Below are positions 47,671 through 55,880 of a stretch of DNA of 64,000 nt, piece by piece. Below the pieces are notes generated by a model. That model was not told the origin of the DNA. It saw nothing but the letters and a program-made list of their open reading frames with translations, and ran no database searches. The first letter of the stretch is position 1; each line of letters opens with the position of its first letter. Origin of the DNA: a virus; the IMG/VR virus record IMGVR_UViG_3300042503_002645, positions 32,001-96,000 of that record, one strand, 5' to 3'. A program made the translations under genes and the position numbers.

Positions 47671-48531
47671 ATGGCTGTAAAGTATTTGTTTACCCACTAC
47701 GGCAAGTTGCTTGTCTCCGGCGCCGCGCTGGCGATCAGCTCAGCGTGTTGTTGCTCGTCGTCATCGTCGAGCAAGTCGTCGTCTAGCTCCAGCTCCAGCT
47801 ACAGCTCCAGCTCCAGCTCCAGCTCCAGCTCCAGCTCCAGCTCCAGCTCGCGTTCCAGCTCCAGTTCTAGCTCCAGCTCCAGCTTCAGCTCCAGCTTCAG
47901 CTCCAGCTCCAGCTCCAGCTTCAGCTCCAGCTTCAGCTCCAGCTCCAGCTCCAGCTTCAGTTCCAGTTCCAGCGACAGCTCTAGCTCCAGCTCCAGCTTC
48001 AGCTCCAGCTTCAGCTCCAGCTCCAGTTCAAGCTCCAGCTCTAGCAGCAGCTCCAGCTCTAGCCGCAGCTCTAGCTCTAGCTCTAGCTCTAGCTCGAGCT
48101 CCAGCCGGAGCTCCTTTAGCTCCAGTTCCAGCCCCAGCTCGAGCGACAGCAGCCTGTCCAGCTCCAGCCGCCGCGGCGGTTGGAAATGTGTGTCTTCGAG
48201 CAGCTCGTCCAGTTCCTCGAGCAGTTCGCCCAGTTCTTCGAGCCGCTCGTCGCAGTCGCAAAGCTCTAGCAGCTCGACGTACGGAAACTTCTGCCGTTGC
48301 CAGGTTGTGAATTACGTTATTGTTGACGGGTCTTGCGTTACGCTTTCTGCGGAAGAAGCCTGCGCTGCGTGCCCCGGCGCCTGCACCGGCGCCGCGTGTT
48401 TTGTCGAGGAACCGTGCGCTGGCGGCGGCTGCGGCTACGACTACAGCCCTGGCGATTGCCCGGCGCCGCTGATGCCGATGATGATGATGCCGACTTCAAA
48501 CGAAAACACGATTTACCTCTGCGACGATTGA
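47671..48531 (+). CDS. Poly-serine/Cys-rich protein (286 aa)
   Basis: A Ser tract of more than 130 residues follows ACCC; Cys-rich C-terminus. Confidence 0.65.
   Translation: MAVKYLFTHYGKLLVSGAALAISSACCCSSSSSSKSSSSSSSSYSSSSSSSSSSSSSSSSRSSSSSSSSSSFSSSFSSSSSSSFSSSFSSSSSSSFSSSSSDSSSSSSSFSSSFSSSSSSSSSSSSSSSSSRSSSSSSSSSSSSSRSSFSSSSSPSSSDSSLSSSSRRGGWKCVSSSSSSSSSSSSPSSSSRSSQSQSSSSSTYGNFCRCQVVNYVIVDGSCVTLSAEEACAACPGACTGAACFVEEPCAGGGCGYDYSPGDCPAPLMPMMMMPTSNENTIYLCDD
47784..48130 (+). repeat. (AGCTCC)n hexanucleotide microsatellite encoding poly-Ser
   Basis: Directly visible, with AGCTTC and AGCTCT variants. Confidence 0.92.
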
Positions 48532-48543
48532 GCGTGAGCGATC

Positions 48544-50028
48544 ATGGGTACATGCGTCTACTTCGACGATTGTCCGGGGTGTTATGAAACCCAAGTGCTC
48601 TGCGAGTGCTTGTGTGGCAATCCGAACCCGTCAGAGGAGTGCGTGTGCGCTGCGGCGCCGGAAAGCGTCGAGTGCGTGTGCATCGGTCTGGGCCAGTGGG
48701 AAGAGTGCCCCGCTAATCACGTCCTGGTCGTCAACCAGGGAGAGGTCACTACGACCTGCACGTGCGAGTGCGCTGCTGCGTGCGCCAGCGTGACAGAGGT
48801 CCAATTCGATGATTGTTCATGTTGCGACTTAAGCACGCACGAACGGTGTTTTGACGCGAACGGCGCCGAGCTGTGCGTTACGCTTTGCACGGAAGGCACG
48901 ACGCGCTGCAACGCGCCAGGTGACGAGGAATGTCCCTTTGTCTGCTGTAATTCCGCGACGGAGTTTTGCTGCAACGGCGAGTGTTACCAGGAATGCGCGG
49001 CCAACGAAACAAAATACCTGATCACTCGGCCGTGGGAGTGCGCATACATTTGCTGCAACTCCGAAACCGAGGTGGGCTGCGGCGAAAACTGCGTGCCAAA
49101 GTGCAATGAACCCGAAGTGTTGTCGCAGCGGACGTGTAACTGTTTTTGTCCGCCTGAGTACGAACGGGTCAACGGACAATGCGTGCAGCGGTCCTACAAC
49201 TGTCTTGGCGGCGTTTGCCTTCAGGTCAGCGGCACAGGCGGCGCCTACGACACGCTCTACAACTGTCGCGCCGGATGCCAGGGCGGCTGTAGCGTCATTC
49301 CGCTCCCGCCCCCCTCCGTGCCGCTGTTCTGCGCTGACGGCACGCAGTACGGACTGATCGTCTACAGCCAGTTTGATCCGCTGACTTGTAGCTGGTCGCC
49401 CACGACGCTCATCTTCAACATTTGCCAGCCGCCGGAAAGCAGCAGCTCTGGCGGCGGCCCGGAACCGAGCAGCTCTTCCTCGTCGTCGTGCTGTGCCAAA
49501 GCACCTGGCCGAGCGTTTACGGAGCAGTGCGGTTACCTTGTGCCCACCGTTGTGCCAGATCCGAGCCCGTGCGCAAAGTGGTATATCCGCTACAACTGGT
49601 GCGAGACATGTTTAGACAACGGCGCGCCTAAACTACAGTCCGTCTGGCATTTTCACCTGAACCCCAACACCTGCGCGTTCGAGCCAAGCCCCGGCAACGG
49701 GCTTGGCGGTTTCACGTGCCCGCCTAGCTCAAGTTCAAACTCGTCGGCGAGTTCGATTTCGTCCAGCTCAAGCGACAGTAGTTCGTCAAGCAGCGAGAGC
49801 TCGAGTTCTAGTGTGAGCAGCAGCTCCAGCAGCTCCAGCAGCTCCAGCAGCTCCAGCAGCTCATCAAGCAGCAGTTCCAGCAGATCATCCAGCAGTTCAT
49901 CAAGCAGCAGCTCCAGCAGCTCCAGCAGATCATCCAGCAGTTCATCAAGCAGCAGCTCCAGCAGATCATCCAGCAGCAGCACGGCAGGCGGCGGTCCAGG
50001 CGGCGCGGGAGGCGGCGAGCCGCTGTAG
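48544..50028 (+). CDS. Very Cys-rich protein with a C-terminal poly-Ser tract (494 aa)
   Basis: Dozens of Cys in EGF-like spacing; Ser tract encoded by (AGCAGCTCC)n around 49815-49980. Confidence 0.68.
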   Translation: MGTCVYFDDCPGCYETQVLCECLCGNPNPSEECVCAAAPESVECVCIGLGQWEECPANHVLVVNQGEVTTTCTCECAAACASVTEVQFDDCSCCDLSTHERCFDANGAELCVTLCTEGTTRCNAPGDEECPFVCCNSATEFCCNGECYQECAANETKYLITRPWECAYICCNSETEVGCGENCVPKCNEPEVLSQRTCNCFCPPEYERVNGQCVQRSYNCLGGVCLQVSGTGGAYDTLYNCRAGCQGGCSVIPLPPPSVPLFCADGTQYGLIVYSQFDPLTCSWSPTTLIFNICQPPESSSSGGGPEPSSSSSSSCCAKAPGRAFTEQCGYLVPTVVPDPSPCAKWYIRYNWCETCLDNGAPKLQSVWHFHLNPNTCAFEPSPGNGLGGFTCPPSSSSNSSASSISSSSSDSSSSSSESSSSSVSSSSSSSSSSSSSSSSSSSSSSRSSSSSSSSSSSSSSRSSSSSSSSSSSRSSSSSTAGGGPGGAGGGEPL

Positions 50029-50099
50029 TGTGTCGCAAATTGTATTTTCTAGGTCCCGCGATACACTGACGGTTCACGCGCATCAAGGAGGCGTTGACC

Positions 50100-50627
50100 A
50101 TGCGTTGTCGTTATGCAGAAGTGCCGTGCGCCAGCGGGGGCGGTTTTATTTGTTTGCGTTGCGTGAACTGCAAAAAGCAGCTGAGCGTGGCCCGCAACCT
50201 TCGCGACAAGCTTGATGCGACTACGGCTGTTTTGCCAGACTGCGCCGCCACTACGGATCTTGGCGCGGCCGCCGTTGCGGAGCTTGAAGCGGCAACTGCC
50301 GCGGAGGCCCTGCCATTCGCCGCTTTCCCGCCGTTACCGCCCGCGCGGATCGTTTGGGATCCGACCGGCGCTGGGACGCAACTCAAGTTCTTGCTGTCGA
50401 AGCTGGGCATCAAATCAACCGAGAATTGTTCGTGTAATGCCCGCGCACGCGCCATGAACGAGCGCGGTATCGAGTGGTGCGAGCAGAATGTTGGCGAAAT
50501 CGTCGGCTGGCTCAAAGAAGAGGCCACACGGCGCAACTTGCCGTTCCTCGCGTATCCCACGAAGCTGCTTGTTCAGCGCGCTATCAAGATCGCCAAGCGG
50601 CAGCGAGACAAGAAAGAGCCGCAATAG
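50100..50627 (+). CDS. Small Cys-containing protein (C.C..R...MN..G..WC motif)
   Basis: AAGGAGG RBS; CLRCVNC and NCSCNARARAMNERGIEWCEQN. Confidence 0.68.
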   Translation: MRCRYAEVPCASGGGFICLRCVNCKKQLSVARNLRDKLDATTAVLPDCAATTDLGAAAVAELEAATAAEALPFAAFPPLPPARIVWDPTGAGTQLKFLLSKLGIKSTENCSCNARARAMNERGIEWCEQNVGEIVGWLKEEATRRNLPFLAYPTKLLVQRAIKIAKRQRDKKEPQ

Positions 50628-50636
50628 GAACCAGTC

Positions 50637-52529
50637 GTGACGCGGCCTCGTCGGCTGGTTCTTACCCACAAGCGGGCGCCCGGCGACACCGTTGTCATGA
50701 CGGCGCTCGTCCGGGACATCGCGCTGACGTACCCCGGCGAGTTCGAGGTCGCCGTGGACACAAACGCCCCGGCGTTCTGGGAGAACAATCCCTATGTCGT
50801 GCGGCTCAAAGATATCAAAGCCCACGGCGCCGCCGTCCAGCAGGTCCGGCTGACCTACGGGCAGGGCCTGAAAGAGCAGAACACCGAAACCGTTCACTTC
50901 CTTTCCTATTTTCACAGGGACCTCGAGGCCCAGACACGAATCCGGGTGCCGCTGACCCTGCCGTACCCGGATCTCCACCTGAGCCCCGAGGAACGCTCCC
51001 AGAGGCCCGTAGAGGGCCGCTACTGGGTGTTTCTCTCCGGGGGGAAGTCAGACTTCACCGCCAAGGTCTGGGGCGTCCAGGCGTGGCGCCAGACGGCCCA
51101 GGAGCTAATCGGGCTGGGCATCCCGCTGGTTCAGCTCGGCGCGACCATCCACGGCCACTGGCACCCCGAAATTCCGGGCGCCCTGAACCTGGTTGGCCGG
51201 ACCAGCCCGCGGGACTGGGTTCGGCTGATACACCACGCCGACGGGGTCATTTGCGGCGTAACCGGCGCGATGCACCTGGCGGCCGCGCTACAGCGCCCCT
51301 GCGTCGTTCTGGCGGGCGGACGGGAGGCCTGGTGGTGGGAGGCCTATGTGCGGGAGAACGCCGGTCTGGGAGGCCTCCAGACGGCCCAGAAGCTCGAGGT
51401 GCCGCACCGCTACCTGCACACGATCGGCCTGCTGGACTGCTGCAGGCGGCACGGCTGTTGGAAAAACAAGGTGTTGCCCCTCAACGGCGACCCGTCGATC
51501 TGTAAGTATCCGGTGATCCAGCCGGGCCAGGCTGTGCCAAAATGCCTGGACCTGATTACGCCCGCCCATGTTGTGGAGGCCGTCATGAGCTATTACGAGG
51601 ACCGGTCGCTGCCGCCGCTCCGGCCCCTGGAAGATGTCGTGCGCTACCGTGCCGAAGGGCCGCCCGCGGACCCGCCGGTCCTGGCGCCGGACGCCGCGCT
51701 TGGCGAACCAGTTGCGCCAACCAACCGCCTGCCGCCCGGCGCAACGGACAAAGATATCTTTGACCACCCGGTCATCGGCGGGAAATTCACGGTCTGCGTG
51801 TTGTTCTACGGCCCGGCCGAGTTTCATGCGCTGCACATGCGCTGCCTGAACTCGATCATCGCCACCACGCCGCCCAACCGGATCGATCTGCGCGTGGGGT
51901 CCAACGAGCTTTGCGAGGAGACCTGCGCCGTGCTGGACCGGCTGGTGGAGCACGGCGTGATCACCAAACACTACAAGCACGTGGAAAACGCGCTGAAATA
52001 CCCGGTGATGCGCGAAATGTTTCACGACCCCGATGCGCCCATCACAACCAATTACCTGCTTTGGTTCGATGACGACTCCATCGCCGATCGAAATCAGCAG
52101 TGGCTGACGCTGCTTGCCAAGACGATTATTGCCAACCAAGAGGCCGGGTTGTTCGGCGCCGACATGACCATCCGACTGGCCCCGGCGCAGCAGCAACTCT
52201 ACCGTTCGCGGCCCTGGTACCGCGGCCAGCCGTTCCTGATGCGCAACAAACGGCCCGCGCCCAATGGCGACCACACGCTTTTCGTGGCCGGTGGGTTTTT
52301 CGCGCTGAAGACCGAGGCGCTGCGTGCCGCAGACGTTCCAGACGCGACGCTCACGCACAACGGCGGCGACTACACGATTGGCGAACAGCTGCGCCAGGCA
52401 GGCTACGCCGTCGTGGGCTGGAACCGGCAGAAGCAGTACATTCATACATCGAGCGTGCCGCGCCGCGGAGTGGCGCAGCCCCATTTCGGGACGACTGCCT
52501 GGCAGGCCGCAATTCGGAGAAAACCATGA
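50637..52529 (+). CDS. Bifunctional glycosyltransferase: GT9 (heptosyltransferase-like, GT-B) fused to a GT2-like (GT-A) domain
   Basis: GT9 motifs PGDTVVMT and NLVGRTS...LIHHADGVICGVTGAMHLAAALQRPCVVL. GT-A motifs YLLWFDDDS and AGGFFAL. Confidence 0.85.
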   Translation: MTRPRRLVLTHKRAPGDTVVMTALVRDIALTYPGEFEVAVDTNAPAFWENNPYVVRLKDIKAHGAAVQQVRLTYGQGLKEQNTETVHFLSYFHRDLEAQTRIRVPLTLPYPDLHLSPEERSQRPVEGRYWVFLSGGKSDFTAKVWGVQAWRQTAQELIGLGIPLVQLGATIHGHWHPEIPGALNLVGRTSPRDWVRLIHHADGVICGVTGAMHLAAALQRPCVVLAGGREAWWWEAYVRENAGLGGLQTAQKLEVPHRYLHTIGLLDCCRRHGCWKNKVLPLNGDPSICKYPVIQPGQAVPKCLDLITPAHVVEAVMSYYEDRSLPPLRPLEDVVRYRAEGPPADPPVLAPDAALGEPVAPTNRLPPGATDKDIFDHPVIGGKFTVCVLFYGPAEFHALHMRCLNSIIATTPPNRIDLRVGSNELCEETCAVLDRLVEHGVITKHYKHVENALKYPVMREMFHDPDAPITTNYLLWFDDDSIADRNQQWLTLLAKTIIANQEAGLFGADMTIRLAPAQQQLYRSRPWYRGQPFLMRNKRPAPNGDHTLFVAGGFFALKTEALRAADVPDATLTHNGGDYTIGEQLRQAGYAVVGWNRQKQYIHTSSVPRRGVAQPHFGTTAWQAAIRRKP

Positions 52530-52882
52530 GCTGCGCGACCTTTGCCCGCGACGACTTTTACAAGCTCATCGCGGCCGACGATTTCTTCGAGCACAACCCG
52601 GCCTTCGCGCCCGTCCAGGAAACCGTGACGCAGTGCAAGCAGGCCTACGTCGAGAGCGCAGCCAAGAAGAGCTGCGGCTGCGGCGGCTCCTCGCAGCTGA
52701 TTTTCGGCTGCCTGGACGCGACGCTGGCCCTGATGGAAACATTTCGCGCCGAGAACCCAGAAGCCCTGACAACGCTGCTCGAGTACGTCCGCCGCAATCG
52801 CGGCGACCAGAGAATTACCGCGATAACGTTATACTATCGCAAGACATCGCAGGAGCCGCTGCTAAAGGTCACGTTCCCATGA
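52526..52882 (+). CDS. Small hypothetical protein with a CGCGG motif (118 aa)
   Basis: ATGA overlap with the glycosyltransferase stop. Confidence 0.65.
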   Translation: MSCATFARDDFYKLIAADDFFEHNPAFAPVQETVTQCKQAYVESAAKKSCGCGGSSQLIFGCLDATLALMETFRAENPEALTTLLEYVRRNRGDQRITAITLYYRKTSQEPLLKVTFP

Positions 52883-53184
52883 GCACGCCCGATCCGACCC
52901 GATCCAAACTGCTGTTCGGCAACAGGCACCAGGCCAAAGCCGACGGTGTGGAGACCGTCGCGATCAAGGTGCGGTTGCGCGATTTCCGCGGACGGCCGAT
53001 TGCCGGGCGGTACGTCGAGCTGATGGCTGACCGAGATGGCGTGGAGATCGAGCAGCCCGGCCCGACAGATGCGACCGGGCTGGCTATTGGGCTGGTCCGC
53101 GCTACGACCCCCGGGCCGGTCAACATTAACGGCGTCGTCCTGCCGGAAGAAGAGCTTGGGTCGTCTTCCACTGCGCTAATTTAA
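52879..53184 (+). CDS. Stand-alone bacterial Ig-like (Big_1/invasin-type) domain protein
   Basis: ADGVETVAIKVRLRD..G.PI.G..V...TDATGLA...T.PG. Confidence 0.72.
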   Translation: MSTPDPTRSKLLFGNRHQAKADGVETVAIKVRLRDFRGRPIAGRYVELMADRDGVEIEQPGPTDATGLAIGLVRATTPGPVNINGVVLPEEELGSSSTALI

Positions 53185-53199
53185 CATGCCTCTGTGAAA

Positions 53200-53213
53200 T
53201 GCCAGGGAGGGCA
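53200..53213 (+). promoter_or_regulatory. CsrA/Rsm-type operator hairpin over the RBS (TGCC-AGGGAG-GGCA)
   Basis: Perfect 4-bp stem with an ANGGAN loop, 2 nt before ATG 53216. Confidence 0.55.
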
Positions 53214-53215
53214 GC

Positions 53216-53758
53216 ATGAGTTGCGAACAGTCTTCTTCGTTTGGCGGCGCGATTGAGCTTAACGAAGCAATCGGGATCAACTTTTACGCACCGGATGCGC
53301 CGGTCGAGCCGCCCAGCACAAGCGGCCGCCGCGTCCGCCTCACCTGGAGCGTGAGTCGGTACAACTTCCACGGCACCGACGGCATCCGCGTGCGCATCGA
53401 GGCGGCGGACGCCGAGTTGATGTCGGACAAGGTGTTCGCCTACCTGCTTCTGCCGATGAAGCCCGCGGCTGGTGAACGCGAAGGCGCGTTCAGCCATGTC
53501 TGCTCGCCAACGGACCTCGCCGAGTACCCCGAGGACGAGCCGATTCCCGGCGTCCGCCCGGAGTTCTTTCGGCTCAACTACGTCGACGTGCAGCTGCGCT
53601 CGCGCTCTGAAGCCAAGGCGTTCATTCAGGACGTCACCGATGACGTGCAGCGACTCAAGACTACGTTGGACATCATGGACACGCTGCAGACGGGCGGCTC
53701 GGTGTGGATCGGCGACGAGCCAGAGCCGGAAGTTTCCTCCTCGGAGAGTATCGGATGA
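53216..53758 (+). CDS. Hypothetical protein (180 aa), possibly virion
   Basis: GGAGG RBS and clean ORF. Confidence 0.68.
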   Translation: MSCEQSSSFGGAIELNEAIGINFYAPDAPVEPPSTSGRRVRLTWSVSRYNFHGTDGIRVRIEAADAELMSDKVFAYLLLPMKPAAGEREGAFSHVCSPTDLAEYPEDEPIPGVRPEFFRLNYVDVQLRSRSEAKAFIQDVTDDVQRLKTTLDIMDTLQTGGSVWIGDEPEPEVSSSESIG

Positions 53759-54057
53759 CGGAGCTGGCGATCATTGAAGACAGCACGATCCTGACGATGC
53801 TGCGCGACCCGCGCTTCACCGAGGCTATTCCATGCCTAGCGAACAAGCTCGCGCTGTTCAAGCAGGCTGCGGGCGGCTGCGGCACCTGCGCTCAGAAGCG
53901 CAAGGAAAAGCAGCGGACCGAGATGGCCAAGATCAAGTCGTGCCTGGCGGCGCTGGCCCCCGACAAGAAAGTCGCGCTGAAGCAGCTGCTCGACGCAAAG
54001 AAAGTTCGCGTTACGTACGTTAACGCCGCAGGCACGGTGGTGCAGCTAACGTTCTGA
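53755..54057 (+). CDS. Small basic protein with a CGTC (CxxC) motif (100 aa)
   Basis: ATGA coupling and GGAG RBS. Confidence 0.68.
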   Translation: MTELAIIEDSTILTMLRDPRFTEAIPCLANKLALFKQAAGGCGTCAQKRKEKQRTEMAKIKSCLAALAPDKKVALKQLLDAKKVRVTYVNAAGTVVQLTF

Positions 54058-54072
54058 CAACCAGCTAAATTT

Positions 54073-54098
54073 TGGCAAAAACTCCGGCATATTAGGTG
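54073..54098 (+). promoter_or_regulatory. Putative phage promoter motif, copy 2 (TGGCAAAAACTCCGGCATATTAGGTG)
   Basis: 21/26 identical to 14697-14722; at the boundary between structural and non-structural genes. Confidence 0.6.
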
Positions 54099-54143
54099 TA
54101 CCACCAACATTGGTTTTGGCGGTAGTCACCACGGAGGTTTGTC

Positions 54144-54515
54144 ATGGCTCTTGCCACCTGGAACGAGTTGGAGACGATCGAGGGGATCATCGGAGGGCTC
54201 GTTACGCCCGAGGCGCTGCCGTTCGCGCAGCTCTCAACCGACGAGCAGGCTGCCGTGATCAACGAGATCGATGACGTCATTGAGGACGTCGCGCCCAGCG
54301 TCACCGAGCGGTACGCCGAGTTGGACAACCCGGCACAGCGCAACGACCGCCTCCGCGCCTATCGGGAGGAGCTGCTGCGCCGCAAAGATCCCTCGGTGCG
54401 CGACGCCTGGGCGTCGTACTTCGACGCCTTGATGGGCGTCTGCCTTCGGAACGCCTCCGCTCCCCGGAACTACTCGATCGACGAGTCCGGGGTAGTGGTG
54501 ACGTTCGCCGCCTGA
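54144..54515 (+). CDS. Hypothetical protein (123 aa)
   Basis: GGAGG RBS. Confidence 0.7.
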   Translation: MALATWNELETIEGIIGGLVTPEALPFAQLSTDEQAAVINEIDDVIEDVAPSVTERYAELDNPAQRNDRLRAYREELLRRKDPSVRDAWASYFDALMGVCLRNASAPRNYSIDESGVVVTFAA

Positions 54516-54641
54516 TAGGTGCGTCATGTTTCGGCTATGTGGCCGGACACGACTCATATCTACCCAGATATGATCGTGCTCTGGCCACATAGCCGTTGCG
54601 TATCTATCGTGTCTCCTTTTCCTTTGCTATCAGGGATTCCT

Positions 54642-55175
54642 GTGAAAAAGCACACCCTCGAAAAAAGACCGCCAACGAAGCGGCCGCCTTTTGTGATGAA
54701 GGAGCCAAACGACAATCTCGAGGCGTATGGTTTCTCTCTTCGCACGTTGCGGGACCGTACAGAGCTCGACCTGGCCGGGCGGCCGCTGTTCCAGATTGCC
54801 ATCGACATCAAGGAGATGCGCAAGTACGGGGTCGAACTCGAGTTCCTCGACCCGAATTACCTGCACTACATGCTTGAGCAGCGCCCCGAGATTAAGAAGG
54901 GGGCAGAAAAAGCCAGGGCCGCGGGTTATTCACCCGAGGCCCTGGAGAAGTTCAAGAACACCGTAGTCAAGGTCTTCGAAGAACACGTGCTGGTCGACAT
55001 CGTCCAGCGGTTTTTCAAAGTCTCGTCACTCGTCGCCCAGTTCTATGCGGCCAAGCTTGCCTATGAAGACACGTTTGGCCGCGACGACGAAGACGAGGAC
55101 GCGGCGCAGGAAGCCGCGCCCAAAAAGAAAAAGCCGCCTCAAATCGACGCCAAGACCACGAAGTCCCGGCGGTAG
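54642..55175 (+). CDS. Hypothetical protein (about 177 aa)
   Basis: ORF 54519-55175; likely start GTG 54642 after AGGGA. Confidence 0.6.
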   Translation: MKKHTLEKRPPTKRPPFVMKEPNDNLEAYGFSLRTLRDRTELDLAGRPLFQIAIDIKEMRKYGVELEFLDPNYLHYMLEQRPEIKKGAEKARAAGYSPEALEKFKNTVVKVFEEHVLVDIVQRFFKVSSLVAQFYAAKLAYEDTFGRDDEDEDAAQEAAPKKKKPPQIDAKTTKSRR

Positions 55176-55414
55176 CCAGCGACCGGCCCGCGCTTGCCCA
55201 TAAGCAGCTCGTCATCGGTCTTCCCGTCGGCGTCGACCGGGTAAGGTCCGCTGGCATTCGAGACGCCCGGCCTGTTCAGTCCGGCCTCAGCGGCCTTCTG
55301 CAATACCATGTTCGACGTGGAGGCGGCGAGCAGGTCCTCGATGCTCTTGCTCGTGACCGTGAAGTCGGCCCGCCCGTTCGTGACCTTCGACAACTCGTTC
55401 AAAATGGAAACCAT
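55139..55414 (-). CDS. Hypothetical protein (91 aa, MVSILNELSKV...)
   Basis: GGAGGT RBS on the minus strand before ATG 55414. Confidence 0.7.
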   Translation of the reverse strand: MVSILNELSKVTNGRADFTVTSKSIEDLLAASTSNMVLQKAAEAGLNRPGVSNASGPYPVDADGKTDDELLMGKRGPVAGYRRDFVVLASI

Positions 55415-55880
55415 GGAAAACACCTCCGAGAGTGAATTGGCCGTAACGGTGGCCAGTCTAACGCCGATTCTGAAGCTCGACAAGCTGCAGCTGCGCATGC
55501 TTACGGGCGGCTACAGTGATCTTGAGCCGCTGCCCAAATCACGTGTCGGCATACTGCTGCTGGCCGACCTGCTTGAACGCCTGGCGTTTTTGACGCCGAG
55601 TCAACGGCAGACAGTTCTTGCGCACTACAAGCCCGACCTACCGGCCACCTTCCCCGTGTGGGAAACGTTGGCGTTCGCCGACGGAAACTGGTGTACCTGG
55701 ACCGGCCAAACCGGCTGGCTCGACCTCACCACGGGCGACGTCGTCGAAGCCCTCCCCGCCGCTCCGGTGGAGACCATTGGGTACAATCTGGTAACGCGCT
55801 ACGTGCGAGCAATGGCGCAGCTTAGGAAAAGGACTTCCGATGGCGAAAAACATCCTGCAGGAAGCATGGACCAGCCGTGA
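55413..55880 (+). CDS. Hypothetical protein (start uncertain)
   Basis: ORF 55308-55880 with in-frame ATGs at 55404, 55413 and 55498. Confidence 0.5.
   Translation: MENTSESELAVTVASLTPILKLDKLQLRMLTGGYSDLEPLPKSRVGILLLADLLERLAFLTPSQRQTVLAHYKPDLPATFPVWETLAFADGNWCTWTGQTGWLDLTTGDVVEALPAAPVETIGYNLVTRYVRAMAQLRKRTSDGEKHPAGSMDQP

Noticed and set aside
47711-48310. Alternative-frame poly-(Ala-Pro) ORF and antisense poly-Leu/Glu ORF (49653-49982)
   Set aside because: By-products of the Ser microsatellites. The Ser frame has sensible unique flanks and fits the operon.
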